From assembly GCA_965222375.1 (NCBI GenBank), contig CBDCTZ010000016.1, positions 224,001-288,000 of the forward strand: DNA of 64,000 nucleotides, given 5' to 3'. The notes under the pieces were generated by a model that saw only the letters and a list, made by a program, of their open reading frames with translations, was not told where the DNA came from and ran no database searches. Every line of letters begins with the position of its first letter. The first letter of the stretch is position 1. The translations under genes and the position numbers were made by a program. Positions 20,496 through 29,455 of the stretch are shown here, in pieces. The DNA comes from Polyangiaceae bacterium. Its GTDB lineage: Bacteria; Myxococcota_A; Polyangia; Polyangiales; Polyangiaceae.

Positions 20496-20565
20496 GCGGA
20501 AACGCCGAGCGCCTGATGCCCGTGGCACCTGGACAGTTCTGAGCTCGGCACTAGATGGAGGCGTC

Positions 20566-20898
20566 ATGAACGAACTTTGCACCAAGAGCTGCGTCCCCTG
20601 CGAGGGTGGCATCCTTGCGCTGACCCTCGACGACGCGAAGAAGCTGCAGACACAGGTCCCCCGGTGGCAGCTCTCCGACGACGCAAAGAGCATCCGCCGG
20701 GTGTACAACTTCAAGGACTTCCACCACACCATGGCCTTCGTCAACGCCGTTGCCTGGGTCGCACACCGCGAAGACCACCACCCCGACCTGCTCGTGACCT
20801 GGGGCAAGTGCGAAGTCCGCTATTGGACCCACGCTATCGACGGGCTCTCCGAAAACGACTTCATCTGCGCCGCCAAGGTCGACCAACTCCTGGCCTGA
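20566..20898 (+). CDS. phhB: Pterin-4a-carbinolamine dehydratase
   Basis: CVPCEGG, EDHHPDL and THAIDGLSENDFICAAK motifs; GGAGG SD. Confidence 0.93.
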   Translation: MNELCTKSCVPCEGGILALTLDDAKKLQTQVPRWQLSDDAKSIRRVYNFKDFHHTMAFVNAVAWVAHREDHHPDLLVTWGKCEVRYWTHAIDGLSENDFICAAKVDQLLA

Positions 20899-20946
20899 GC
20901 ATCTGCACGCGGAAGACCCGCATTGCCGTGGGATCCGTTGGTTAAT

Positions 20947-20988
20947 TTGGGGTCGCATCCCTGTCGCACTCTGGTGCCCTACTCTCGC
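20947..20988 (+). repeat. Dispersed bipartite repeat, copy B
   Basis: TTGGGGTCG-N23-CTACTCTCGC, 48 nt after the phhB stop. Confidence 0.8.
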
Positions 20989-21009
20989 TCCGCCGCAACC
21001 CGGGCCAGT

Positions 21010-21067
21010 CCCGGGTCACACCCAGAGCGCGTTCGGTCAGCCCCGGGTCACACCCGGAGCGCGTTCG
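21010..21067. repeat. 26-bp direct repeat, two copies, period 32
   Basis: CCCGGGTCACACCC(A/G)GAGCGCGTTCG at 21010-21035 and 21042-21067. Confidence 0.85.
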
Positions 21068-21227
21068 TGCGTCGTGCCCGCCATCGGGCGCACTCGGCAT
21101 GCTGGTCCACGCTGCGTGACCTCGCTGCCACCCGGCCGGCGGTTCGGCGCTCAGCGCAGATTAGTGAGGCTTCGTGGCGCGGCCAGTGGCTTCCATCTAC
21201 GCTGAGAAAGCCCCCGGAAAGACTCAA

Positions 21228-23126
21228 ATGAAACACTGCCGCATATCATTCATCCTGCCTGCTGTTCTCGTTTTGGCCCTGAGCGGCTGTGGTGGCGACG
21301 ACGGGGGTTCCTCGAGCGGGGGCGCCTCGGGCGCTGGCGCGAGCGGAGGCCTGGCGGGCGGGGGCAGTGGCGGGACAGCTGGCATTGCTGGCGGTGGCGC
21401 GACGGCAGGCGCTGCCGGAGCCGCTACTGGGGGCGCGGCGGGCGCCGCTGGAATGGCCGGCAGCGCGGGGGCGGGCGGCAACGCAGGGGGTGGCGCTTCG
21501 ACAACCTGCAGCATTCCCCCCAACCTACCCGGCTTCATCGACCTTCCGCAGAAGTACGTGGACATCTCCATGCCGACGCCGTCTGGGAGTACCACCCACG
21601 TCAAGGCCGGCGATGACCTGCAAGCCAGATTGGATGCCGCGCAACCGGGTGACACTCTCGTTCTCGAAGCTGGCGCGACTTGGGTTGGCGAGTACTACCT
21701 CCGAGCCAAGAGTAATCCGAGCAAGCAGTGGATCGTGATCAAGTCTTCGGCGATGAACTCCCTCCCTGGCGAAGGCGCGCGAGTCAAACCAGCTCAGCAT
21801 CACCAATACATGCCAAAAATCCTCGCCCCGAAGAACCCGGTAAGTCCAAAAGTATCAACTAAGCGAGCCCTGCGCTGCGATCTTGGCGCAAGCCATTACC
21901 GCATCATGGGCGTCGAGTTCGGGGTCGAGTCTGGGGTGAACGACTCCTTTGGCGTCGTCGAGCTCGGACACAATGTGGGCAACTGGGGTGCGTTGAACAA
22001 TCGTCCAAACCACATCGTTTTGGACCGTGTCTACATCCATGGCGTCATCAACCCCGTTCCCAATCCGGCCGGTTACTCGGGAAGCAAGCGTGGCCTCTAC
22101 CTCAACGGAAGTGATCTCGCGGTCATCAACTCGCACATCTCGGATTTCCAACGTACCGGCCAGACTTCTCAAGCGATTTCGGGCCACTCTGGAAAGGGCC
22201 CCTACAAGATCGCCAACAACTATCTGGAAGCTTCGGCCATCAACCTGGTCTTCGGTGGCGATGTGACACCAGACGCCTCTCACAACGCCAAGGACATCGA
22301 GGTCTGCAACAACCACTTCCGTAAAGACCCGAAGTGGTTTCATCAGGACAAGAACGTCTGGGAGGTCAAGAACCTATTCGAACTCAAACACGGGCACCGC
22401 GTGCTGGTTACCGGCAACGTGCTCGAGAACAACTGGAAGAAGGGGCAGGTGGGTTACGCAATCTTGATCAAGTCTTCTGCGCAATGGGGCGATGCCAGCC
22501 AAACCCACCAGAAGACCGAAGATCTGGTCTTTGCCTACAACATCATCTCGGACTCGGAGATGGGTCTCAACATCTCGGGTGGTGGAAGCAACTCCGTTCA
22601 GACGGGGCCCACGTCCGATATTTACATTGCTCACAACGTGTTCGAGAAGCTCGGCCCGGACAGTCAGTTTGGGGGACAGGGCCGGGGCTTTCAGGTTCTG
22701 AAATCGCCCGTCAACCTGACCATTGCCAACAACACCATGTTCAATCACTACCAGCACCTTCAACTGAACCCAGAGGCCAGCTGGGGTCCGGGAGTCTTCG
22801 TCAACTTCCAATTCAAGAACAACATCGTCGACTTTGGCCTCTATGGCGTGCACGGCACTTCCGGCGCCCACGATGAAGAGAAGGTGGCGAACGCATGCAA
22901 CTCCCATGTTTTCGCCGGAAACGTCGTGCGTGGTGCTCCCGCCAAGGAATATCCCTCCGGACTCAACTCCGTTGCCAGTTCCTGGACCCAGGTCGGCTTC
23001 ACCAACATGTCCGGGGGGGACTACGAGCTCGCCAGCTCCAGCCCCTTCCTCAAGGCCGGCACCAACGGCTCAAAGCCCGGCGCGGACTGGGCCGCCATCA
23101 AGCAAGCCACGGCAGGTGTAAAGTAG
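21228..23126 (+). CDS. Lipoprotein with a right-handed parallel beta-helix (pectin-lyase-like fold)
   Basis: Lipobox LSGC, Gly/Ala linker, LQARLDAAQPGDTLVLEAG helix cap, Asn-ladder repeats and C-terminal GDYELASSSP. Confidence 0.85.
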   Translation: MKHCRISFILPAVLVLALSGCGGDDGGSSSGGASGAGASGGLAGGGSGGTAGIAGGGATAGAAGAATGGAAGAAGMAGSAGAGGNAGGGASTTCSIPPNLPGFIDLPQKYVDISMPTPSGSTTHVKAGDDLQARLDAAQPGDTLVLEAGATWVGEYYLRAKSNPSKQWIVIKSSAMNSLPGEGARVKPAQHHQYMPKILAPKNPVSPKVSTKRALRCDLGASHYRIMGVEFGVESGVNDSFGVVELGHNVGNWGALNNRPNHIVLDRVYIHGVINPVPNPAGYSGSKRGLYLNGSDLAVINSHISDFQRTGQTSQAISGHSGKGPYKIANNYLEASAINLVFGGDVTPDASHNAKDIEVCNNHFRKDPKWFHQDKNVWEVKNLFELKHGHRVLVTGNVLENNWKKGQVGYAILIKSSAQWGDASQTHQKTEDLVFAYNIISDSEMGLNISGGGSNSVQTGPTSDIYIAHNVFEKLGPDSQFGGQGRGFQVLKSPVNLTIANNTMFNHYQHLQLNPEASWGPGVFVNFQFKNNIVDFGLYGVHGTSGAHDEEKVANACNSHVFAGNVVRGAPAKEYPSGLNSVASSWTQVGFTNMSGGDYELASSSPFLKAGTNGSKPGADWAAIKQATAGVK

Positions 23127-23164
23127 CCCTAGCTGGATCGTTCCTGGAACGTAGTCGAGCTCAG

Positions 23165-23797
23165 TCACTCTTTCGACGTGCCTGTCAACGCGCTCAATTC
23201 CTTCAGCAATGCGTTGAGGGCCGATGGGCTGAGCGAGGTAACGAGGCTCTCGCTGCCCCACCACAGGCGGGTGACGGAGCCTTCTTTGGCGGTGCGCATC
23301 TCGGGTAGGAGTGGTCGGCGCACGGTGAAGCGGAAGGTGTGGAAGGGGCCACGAGACCGCCAAGCCAAGATCTTGCGGTCAGTGACATCCACGTCGAACC
23401 CCAGTTCGTTCCAGAAGCCCAGAGGCATCAACACGAAGGCGGCAATCGTCAGTAGTACCCCAAGGACGCCGTCATGGGTGGAGGCGACGGTGCCAGTCCA
23501 TGCGGCCGCGCCGGCAAATGCAATGCCAACGTGGATCAAATTAACAGGTTGCACCACATAACGCACGCGACCGTCCGAGCGAAGCTTGCCGATGCGCACC
23601 TCGTCAAGTGTCAGAGATGGCATGGCGTTCTGCCCTGTCCCTTCTGACTTCGACGCCGTCGCGTCCGACAGCTCGGACTCTAGTCGCGCGATCTCCGCGT
23701 CCCGATCGGCGAGTTCGGACTCTAGTGCGCCAACCTGGTGGCGGAGCGCCTCTTTGGAATTGCGCATCCCCGAGTATCTCATACCGCTGCCGCGCAA
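23165..23797 (-). CDS. Hypothetical membrane protein with an N-terminal coiled coil and two TMs (start uncertain)
   Basis: Heptad segment LESELADRDAEIARLESEL and two hydrophobic helices. Confidence 0.6.
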   Translation of the reverse strand: MRGSGMRYSGMRNSKEALRHQVGALESELADRDAEIARLESELSDATASKSEGTGQNAMPSLTLDEVRIGKLRSDGRVRYVVQPVNLIHVGIAFAGAAAWTGTVASTHDGVLGVLLTIAAFVLMPLGFWNELGFDVDVTDRKILAWRSRGPFHTFRFTVRRPLLPEMRTAKEGSVTRLWWGSESLVTSLSPSALNALLKELSALTGTSKE

Positions 23798-23923
23798 GCG
23801 ATGCTCGATCGCGATGATCAGACCGACGTGGACGCCGGAGCTTTCGCATCACGGCTCGGGCGTTCACGCCGAACACCAAGGGCTGAAACAACTCGCCGTC
23901 GCTTCGGGCGGGCTAATGCTCGC

Positions 23924-24391
23924 TCAGGAGCTGTACGCTTCGAGAATCGGATTGACCTGCTGCTGCAACAGCTCTGTGAGCTCCGGGTCGCCGCGCTTGT
24001 AGTCGTCGGGAATGTCGAGGACGTGCAGTTCCTTGAACTTCATCTCGCCGGGAAAGTCGCTGAGGAGGCGTTGCTTGTGTTTGTTCTCCATGACCAAGAC
24101 GATGTCTGCCCAGCGGAGATCTTGCGAGCCCAGTGTCCGTTCGGCATCTCGGCTCGTCCCCCGCGAGCGCACCGAAAGCTCCGGGCGCTTACGGAACAGC
24201 TCCTCGGCGGTTGGGCTTCGCCAACGGTTCTTGCTGCACACGAACAAGACGTTCAAGGGCTCTCCATCTTCTCTTTCGACCCGGCGGCCACGAGGATAGT
24301 CCCATCCCAATTGCTTGGCGCGCTGCAGCTTTTCGGATCGCGGCCCCAAGTTGGACCACTTCTTCTCCCTGGGCCAGTCGTCGCGGCTCAT
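23924..24391 (-). CDS. Low-molecular-weight protein-tyrosine-phosphatase-like protein
   Basis: VLFVCSKNRWRSPTAE (CX5R P-loop), WADIVLVME and LDIPDDY. Confidence 0.88.
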   Translation of the reverse strand: MSRDDWPREKKWSNLGPRSEKLQRAKQLGWDYPRGRRVEREDGEPLNVLFVCSKNRWRSPTAEELFRKRPELSVRSRGTSRDAERTLGSQDLRWADIVLVMENKHKQRLLSDFPGEMKFKELHVLDIPDDYKRGDPELTELLQQQVNPILEAYSS

Positions 24392-24497
24392 TCAGCCTGC
24401 CCACGATGTAACCGCCCCGAAACACCCGTGCCAGGTGCAACGTTTCCCTCGCACGCTGAATCCACCGCCGGCCTTCCCCGCGCTGATTTGCACGCCA

Positions 24498-27185
24498 TCA
24501 ACGCTTGGATCGGCGTGGAAATAGCGGAAGCCATTGCCACCCGTCCACGAGCCCCTCCGCCCAAAGGAGCGTGAGCGTTTGCGTTGGCGTGTTGTATGGG
24601 AAGAGAAGCAGGTAGCCGTCGTTGCCGTATCCAAGTGCTCGCTCCGCTCTCCATTCGTTGGTCTTCTCTTTTTGGCTGCTCTCGAGAAGTTGAGTGCCGA
24701 TGTCTCGTGCCCGTTCGATTACGGGTTCGGTTGCTGCGCCGTTCACGCTAGTGGCTCGAGGAAGGTCCGCGGAGGAAATATGCGCGTGCGCGGTCGCTTT
24801 CAAGCCAAGGCGCTCTGCTTCTTTGAGCAGTTGGCCCACGCCATTTGGATCGCCGACAATGAACACGAAACCCAGATCGCGATCAGTCAGTTCAGCGCGC
24901 AGCTTCGAAGAGAGCGCAGGACCGTGGTCTTCTTTCAGTGGAGCGCCCGCATCGTCCATCCAGTTGCACATTATCGTGCGTGCTTGAGCCCCGGAAGCGA
25001 TGAAGTCATCGACGAACAGTATCGGCTTGCCATCGTCCTCGTTGAGCGCTTCGCGGAGGGTTGCGGGCTGCAGTTCAAATTCGGCTGCTATGTCGTTCAC
25101 GAAGTACGTGACGATGAATGAACTGTCCTTCGGGTTGCCAAAAGGGCAAACCCAGGCTCCGCGGAATTCTGGGTGGCTTGCCATGAAAGCGCGAACGGCT
25201 TGATGAACGTCCTCACGGCTGATCATCCGAATCTTTTCCAGCCATTCGAGCGCAGCTGCGACCTCTTCGTCGGTTCGGAACTGTCGAAGCCAAGTGTAGA
25301 CCCGGACTGCATCCACACGGACTGGACGGAGGTGCGCAGCGCCACTTTCCGAAGCGATCCCTTCATACGTGCTGAGCTGCTTGACGATGGTAGCGATGCG
25401 TCCATCGACGTCAGCAGCTTCGAGACGAGTCGGAGCCGCGCGGAGGTCGTTCGGAAGATCATCGTAGAACCCCGCGGATGTGAGGTCACGTCGCAGTCTG
25501 TCAAGATCACCGGCCGCGATTTTTGCGTAGTTTTGCGCGCTCCTCGCTGTCCGGATGGCAAATCGTTGCCGAAAGACGATCTCGGCTGCGAGAAAAGTAG
25601 ACACCGCCAATTCTCGTGGAGCGAAGACATAGCCAAGATCGCGGGTCATCAAATAGGCTGCACTCCAAGCAGGAGATTCAGCTGAGTCTTCGCGAAACGG
25701 GACGACCTCTCTCTCGTCATTTACAAGGTAAGCGCGAGAGATCTCCTTCGGGTGACCGAACGAATCAGGGGCGTCAAGTACGACATACGCGGTCAGCGCC
25801 CCTTCAAGCTCCGCGGGCCAAGCACCCTCGTGGGAGCTTCGCATCCTTCGAAGTACTTCGACGATTTCGGCGATCAGCGTGCGTCGTCCTTCAGGTTTGG
25901 CCGATTCACGCAGGAGGCGTTCAAACCCCCGACGCTGCTCTTCATCGTGTCGGAAGGGATCGAGCGGCATGCTCTGTGCGAACGCAAATGCGCGAACAAA
26001 CAGCTGCCTTCGCTTTACCCGTGCAGCGATGTCTCGCGCAGGTTGGAGTCCTTCCCATTCTTGCGTTGCGATCTCACGGGCAAACTTCTCTTGCAGGCCA
26101 TCTCTCGTGAAGTCCAGAAGTTCGTCATCCTCGAAAAGCAGCGGGAGCAAGGGAGCTTGGTCGCCGGACACTGTGACGAGGTGCTCGATGATTGATGCGA
26201 CCATCGCCTCCGTCGCACGCACTTTTTGGTGACGATAGATCTTGTCGAATAGGAGTGTGCGACCGAACATCAGCTCGTCCAGTGTTCGTCCGCCGGAAAG
26301 TGCGACACCGTAGAGAACGTAGCTTGGGTATTCCGTGGTGACGTGCCGCAGCACAGGTTGGGGCAGACGAGACTTCTCGACCTCTACGCTTCGCACCTTC
26401 TGTACGAGCCGAGGAATATCGGTGACGATCGGCACTCCAGACATGTGCGCGTCGCGAGTGATGTAGTCCAGCTTGTCGGCGTCAAAGGGACCATTAATTA
26501 GCTCTTGGAGAACTGGATAGCGGTTGTGGATCGGTCGCCCCAGGATCGCTGCGCGCATCAGATCCGTCGGGTTGGCCGGCAGCTCGTGGTGCGTGCGACG
26601 GGAGGCGCTCTCGACCAACTCGTTGAAAGCAGGACTGCCCATCAAGAAGTAGGCAGCTGCCTCACTCAGTTTCGCTTCCTCGACCCGCAGCGCGTCCGAA
26701 AGCTCGATCGAGAGGTCCGAAATAGTCCCGAGTCGGCTGAACGCGTTCTCCACCACGTGAGACATGGCCCCGTGGCCGACGTCGTGACACAGGGCCGCGC
26801 TCCGGAGGAGGTTAACGAAGGCTTTTTCGGGCACGGGCCGGAGTGCCGCTCGGTTAGCGGATGGTTGTTTCTTCCGAAGGGACTCAAGCAGTCTCTCGAT
26901 CTGATGGAGGGCTCCAACGCTGTGCTCGAACCTGGTGTGTGCCGCGCCGGGATAGGTCCAGTGCGCTACGCCCAGTTGTCGAACGAAGCGAAGGCGCTGG
27001 AGCAGCGGGCTGTCGAGCAACATCACCTCGAAGGGCTGAAGGACCACGGTTTGCCACACGCAGTCGTTCAGTTCCTTCATCGCCGGCGGGCGCCAAGTCG
27101 ACGCGCCAATCAGGTCGAGGTAGGGCCGTAGGCACTTCTCAGCGAAGTCTTCGACCTGCTTCTTGTACTGCTCGACGAGCGCCAT
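24498..27185 (-). CDS. HD-domain dNTP triphosphohydrolase (SAMHD1/YwfO-like) fused to a C-terminal type I phosphoribosyltransferase-like domain
   Basis: LQRLRFVRQLG, HTRFEHSVG, LCHDVGHGAMSH, DADKLDYITRD and IYRHQKVR; C-terminal KDSS, ILFVDDFIASGAQ (PRPP loop), ALGYG, NTPTQT and WLPLFPR. Confidence 0.88.
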   Translation of the reverse strand: MALVEQYKKQVEDFAEKCLRPYLDLIGASTWRPPAMKELNDCVWQTVVLQPFEVMLLDSPLLQRLRFVRQLGVAHWTYPGAAHTRFEHSVGALHQIERLLESLRKKQPSANRAALRPVPEKAFVNLLRSAALCHDVGHGAMSHVVENAFSRLGTISDLSIELSDALRVEEAKLSEAAAYFLMGSPAFNELVESASRRTHHELPANPTDLMRAAILGRPIHNRYPVLQELINGPFDADKLDYITRDAHMSGVPIVTDIPRLVQKVRSVEVEKSRLPQPVLRHVTTEYPSYVLYGVALSGGRTLDELMFGRTLLFDKIYRHQKVRATEAMVASIIEHLVTVSGDQAPLLPLLFEDDELLDFTRDGLQEKFAREIATQEWEGLQPARDIAARVKRRQLFVRAFAFAQSMPLDPFRHDEEQRRGFERLLRESAKPEGRRTLIAEIVEVLRRMRSSHEGAWPAELEGALTAYVVLDAPDSFGHPKEISRAYLVNDEREVVPFREDSAESPAWSAAYLMTRDLGYVFAPRELAVSTFLAAEIVFRQRFAIRTARSAQNYAKIAAGDLDRLRRDLTSAGFYDDLPNDLRAAPTRLEAADVDGRIATIVKQLSTYEGIASESGAAHLRPVRVDAVRVYTWLRQFRTDEEVAAALEWLEKIRMISREDVHQAVRAFMASHPEFRGAWVCPFGNPKDSSFIVTYFVNDIAAEFELQPATLREALNEDDGKPILFVDDFIASGAQARTIMCNWMDDAGAPLKEDHGPALSSKLRAELTDRDLGFVFIVGDPNGVGQLLKEAERLGLKATAHAHISSADLPRATSVNGAATEPVIERARDIGTQLLESSQKEKTNEWRAERALGYGNDGYLLLFPYNTPTQTLTLLWAEGLVDGWQWLPLFPRRSKR

Positions 27186-27205
27186 GTGGCTTGGCGCTCA
27201 CGGTA

Positions 27206-27628
27206 TCACGCGTTGGTCTCGCGATAGTACTCCAGTAGTTTGGAGCTGAGTGCCTTGTACATTTCAACGGAGCCGGGAAGCCCCTCGAAGTACGATGGAG
27301 CGTCGTGCGCGGAGATCTTCAATCGAATGTCTTGAAATTCTGGATTGTCCCAACTGATCAGATCGCGTTGGGCAGCTTCATAAAGCGCGCGCTGAACGAC
27401 AGTTGAATCCCCGTGGATTTCGTGCGGGCGAACTCGGAACTTCAGAACGAAGCCTTGCTGCACGGCCTGCGGCTGGAGATCATCCTCCACGAGCCGCGCA
27501 AGCGCGTGATCGAACACATTTCGCTGAATCGAAAGCGCGGTGATCTTGTTCAGCGCGAGCCCTGCGATCAGGCCTGTCAACAAGTCGGATAGGTAGAGGG
27601 ACGTTGGCTGCGTCATGGAGCGCTCCAT
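27206..27628 (-). CDS. Hypothetical 140-aa protein, possibly winged-helix (YwgA/SocA-like)
   Basis: Lies 20 nt upstream of the HD gene on the same strand. F...HEIHGDSTVVQRALYEAAQRDLI loosely resembles the GPxS-helix-GLI pattern of YwgA/SocA-like proteins. Confidence 0.65.
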   Translation of the reverse strand: MERSMTQPTSLYLSDLLTGLIAGLALNKITALSIQRNVFDHALARLVEDDLQPQAVQQGFVLKFRVRPHEIHGDSTVVQRALYEAAQRDLISWDNPEFQDIRLKISAHDAPSYFEGLPGSVEMYKALSSKLLEYYRETNA

Positions 27629-27815
27629 TGCCGGCGAGCCGCCGAAAAAACGCCCCCACCCGCTGCTAGCCCAATTCTACCGAGGGCCAGCATTCGGCGG
27701 GGGCTCTTTTCGACCGACTATGAGAGGTTTCATTTGTGGAAAAGTTGTGGAGTTCCGAGCGCCTAGCGCAACTGCCTGGAAGCACTCGTGATTGCTGATC
27801 GGCGATAGTTTTCCC

Positions 27816-27839
27816 GATAGTATACAATTGTATACTATC
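27816..27839. promoter_or_regulatory. Perfect 24-bp palindrome; putative repressor operator containing TATACT -10 hexamers on both strands
   Basis: GATAGTATACAATTGTATACTATC, ending 12 nt before the lexA-like ATG. Confidence 0.8.
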
Positions 27840-27851
27840 TGCCCTGCGCGC

Positions 27852-28451
27852 ATGCAAGAGGGCGAGCGTCTGACAAGACGCCAGAGGGAAGTCCTCCAAT
27901 TCGTGATGGAGACCTGTCAGGCGGAGGGGCGCCCGCCGACTCTCAGAGCGGTGATGGCGCGTTTTGGCATCAAGACGCCCCGTGGAGCCCAGGGTCACAT
28001 GCTGGCCCTCGTGAAGAAGGGTTGTCTCGACTACGACAAGAACAAGCATCCTGCCTACTGGCCGAGGGCTAGGGCGCGGAAAAGCGTCCCCGTTCTGGGG
28101 CGCGCCCCGGCTGGGCACCCCGCGGATCAACCAGAGGATCATAGAGGGCAACTCTCGTTGCCGTGGAAATTCAGTGAGCGTGCCTTTGCGGTTGAGGTCG
28201 AGGGACACAGCATGCGTGACGCGGACGTGCTTGACGGAGATATCGTCGTAGTTGATCCACTGCGCGCCCCCGTTGACGGGGACGTCGTGCTGGCGCTTCG
28301 TGGTGGGAAGAGCACGCTCAAGACTTTGCGAAAGACCAAGGGTTCTTTCGAACTCCACCCTGCAAACCAGGAGTTCGATCCACAGTTCCCAGAAGAGGAA
28401 CGCGACCGTGTTGTCGGTTCGGTTGTCGCGCTTGTGCGGAGAACCGCATAG
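27852..28451 (+). CDS. lexA: LexA-family repressor (wHTH plus S24 autopeptidase)
   Basis: LTRRQREVLQF, PPTLRAVMARFGI, Ala-Gly cleavage site LGRAPAG, catalytic GHSM and TLK, and LHPAN. The recognition helix is divergent, so this may be an accessory paralogue. Confidence 0.88.
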   Translation: MQEGERLTRRQREVLQFVMETCQAEGRPPTLRAVMARFGIKTPRGAQGHMLALVKKGCLDYDKNKHPAYWPRARARKSVPVLGRAPAGHPADQPEDHRGQLSLPWKFSERAFAVEVEGHSMRDADVLDGDIVVVDPLRAPVDGDVVLALRGGKSTLKTLRKTKGSFELHPANQEFDPQFPEEERDRVVGSVVALVRRTA

Positions 28452-28499
28452 CGCCGCACGTGCGCCGGTTCTGCTTTTCGCACTCCGTCTCGACGCTCC

Positions 28500-28823
28500 T
28501 CAGTGCGTCAGCTTCCAGAGCGCGCCGAGCAGGTGGTCGAGGTCGGCGAGCACTGGCGCGATGCTTTCTTTGCTGAGGTAGCGCCACCCCACGCCAGCAC
28601 GCAGCCCCGCAACGACTTCCTTCGCGCTACCTGACGCATTGAAGTACCGCGCGCGACGGTTCCCAGGATCGGACCCTGAGCCCTCTCCCAGGTTCAGCAA
28701 GAAGCTATTCGTGGCATCCCGAAGCTGCCCCGCCAGCTTCCGATCGTGCCGCTGAATCCGAGCCACCAACGGCACGATGCCCTCCTGAGCGCGAAGAGCG
28801 AGTTCGAGAGTCCTAAAACGCAT
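28500..28823 (-). CDS. Four-helix-bundle protein (23S rRNA IVP / bAvd-like family)
   Basis: LAGQLRDATNSFLLNLGEG and ARYFNASGSAKEV match the family pattern QlrrAa.Si..NiaEG...ArGSa.E; AGGAGA SD. Confidence 0.85.
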   Translation of the reverse strand: MRFRTLELALRAQEGIVPLVARIQRHDRKLAGQLRDATNSFLLNLGEGSGSDPGNRRARYFNASGSAKEVVAGLRAGVGWRYLSKESIAPVLADLDHLLGALWKLTH

Positions 28824-28837
28824 GACGTGTTCTCCTA

Positions 28838-28893
28838 GTTGTTCCGCCCGCCGGCGGGTTCCCCGAACCCGGCCTGCCGGCGGGCGGAACAAC
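28838..28893. repeat. 18-bp perfect inverted repeat with an inner hairpin
   Basis: GTTGTTCCGCCCGCCGGC (28838-28855) and GCCGGCGGGCGGAACAAC (28876-28893); inner GGGTTC/GAACCC. Confidence 0.9.
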
Positions 28894-29035
28894 AGGGAAC
28901 TTCACCGCACCAGCCAAACCGACCATCACCCGCGCTGGTTGCCTGCGGGCGCAGTGCCAGCTGTGCTGGCACGAGCACCGCAACGCGTGTCGCGCGCATG
29001 CGCCAACGACGGCTACTGGGTTGGGTCAGCAAGGG

Positions 29036-29430
29036 AAGCTGGGGCGGCGGCGGTAGCTGCGCTGGTGTCAGAGTCGGCGGCGGCGGCGGTAGCTGCGTCG
29101 GTGGCAGGGTCGGAGGCAGTGGCTGCATCGGTGGCAGTAGCCGCGTCGGCGGCAGCGGCTGCATCGGTGGCAGTGGCAGGGAACAGCGTCAGTGTGAGCC
29201 CTGCCGCGCGAGAATCTGATGTGTAAACGATGTCCTGTCTTACACCCGTTCGGACCCACGCCCTCAGTCACAGTCACAGTCGCAGCCCGAGTCACTGCCC
29301 CAGCCACGGTCACCGCCACGGCCCCAGTCACCGCCCCGGCCACGGCCTCGGTCACCGCCACCGCCGCTGCCCCGGTCACCGCTCCCAGCCACTGACACGG
29401 TCACGGACTCAGCCGCAGTCACCGCCCCGG
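29036..29430. repeat. Two degenerate hexamer arrays of complementary composition flanking a central inverted repeat
   Basis: G-rich GTGGCA/GCGGCG/GTAGCT units at ~29036-29180; C-rich GTCACA/GTCACC/GCCACG units at ~29264-29430; central GTGTAA-N13-TTACAC at 29221-29245. Confidence 0.75.
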
Positions 29431-29455
29431 TATCCCGACGCACCCGTGGCCCCGC

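Noticed and set aside
28500..29430. Diversity-generating retroelement suggested by the Avd-like protein
   Set aside because: No reverse transcriptase and no TR/VR pair differing at adenines were seen in the window.
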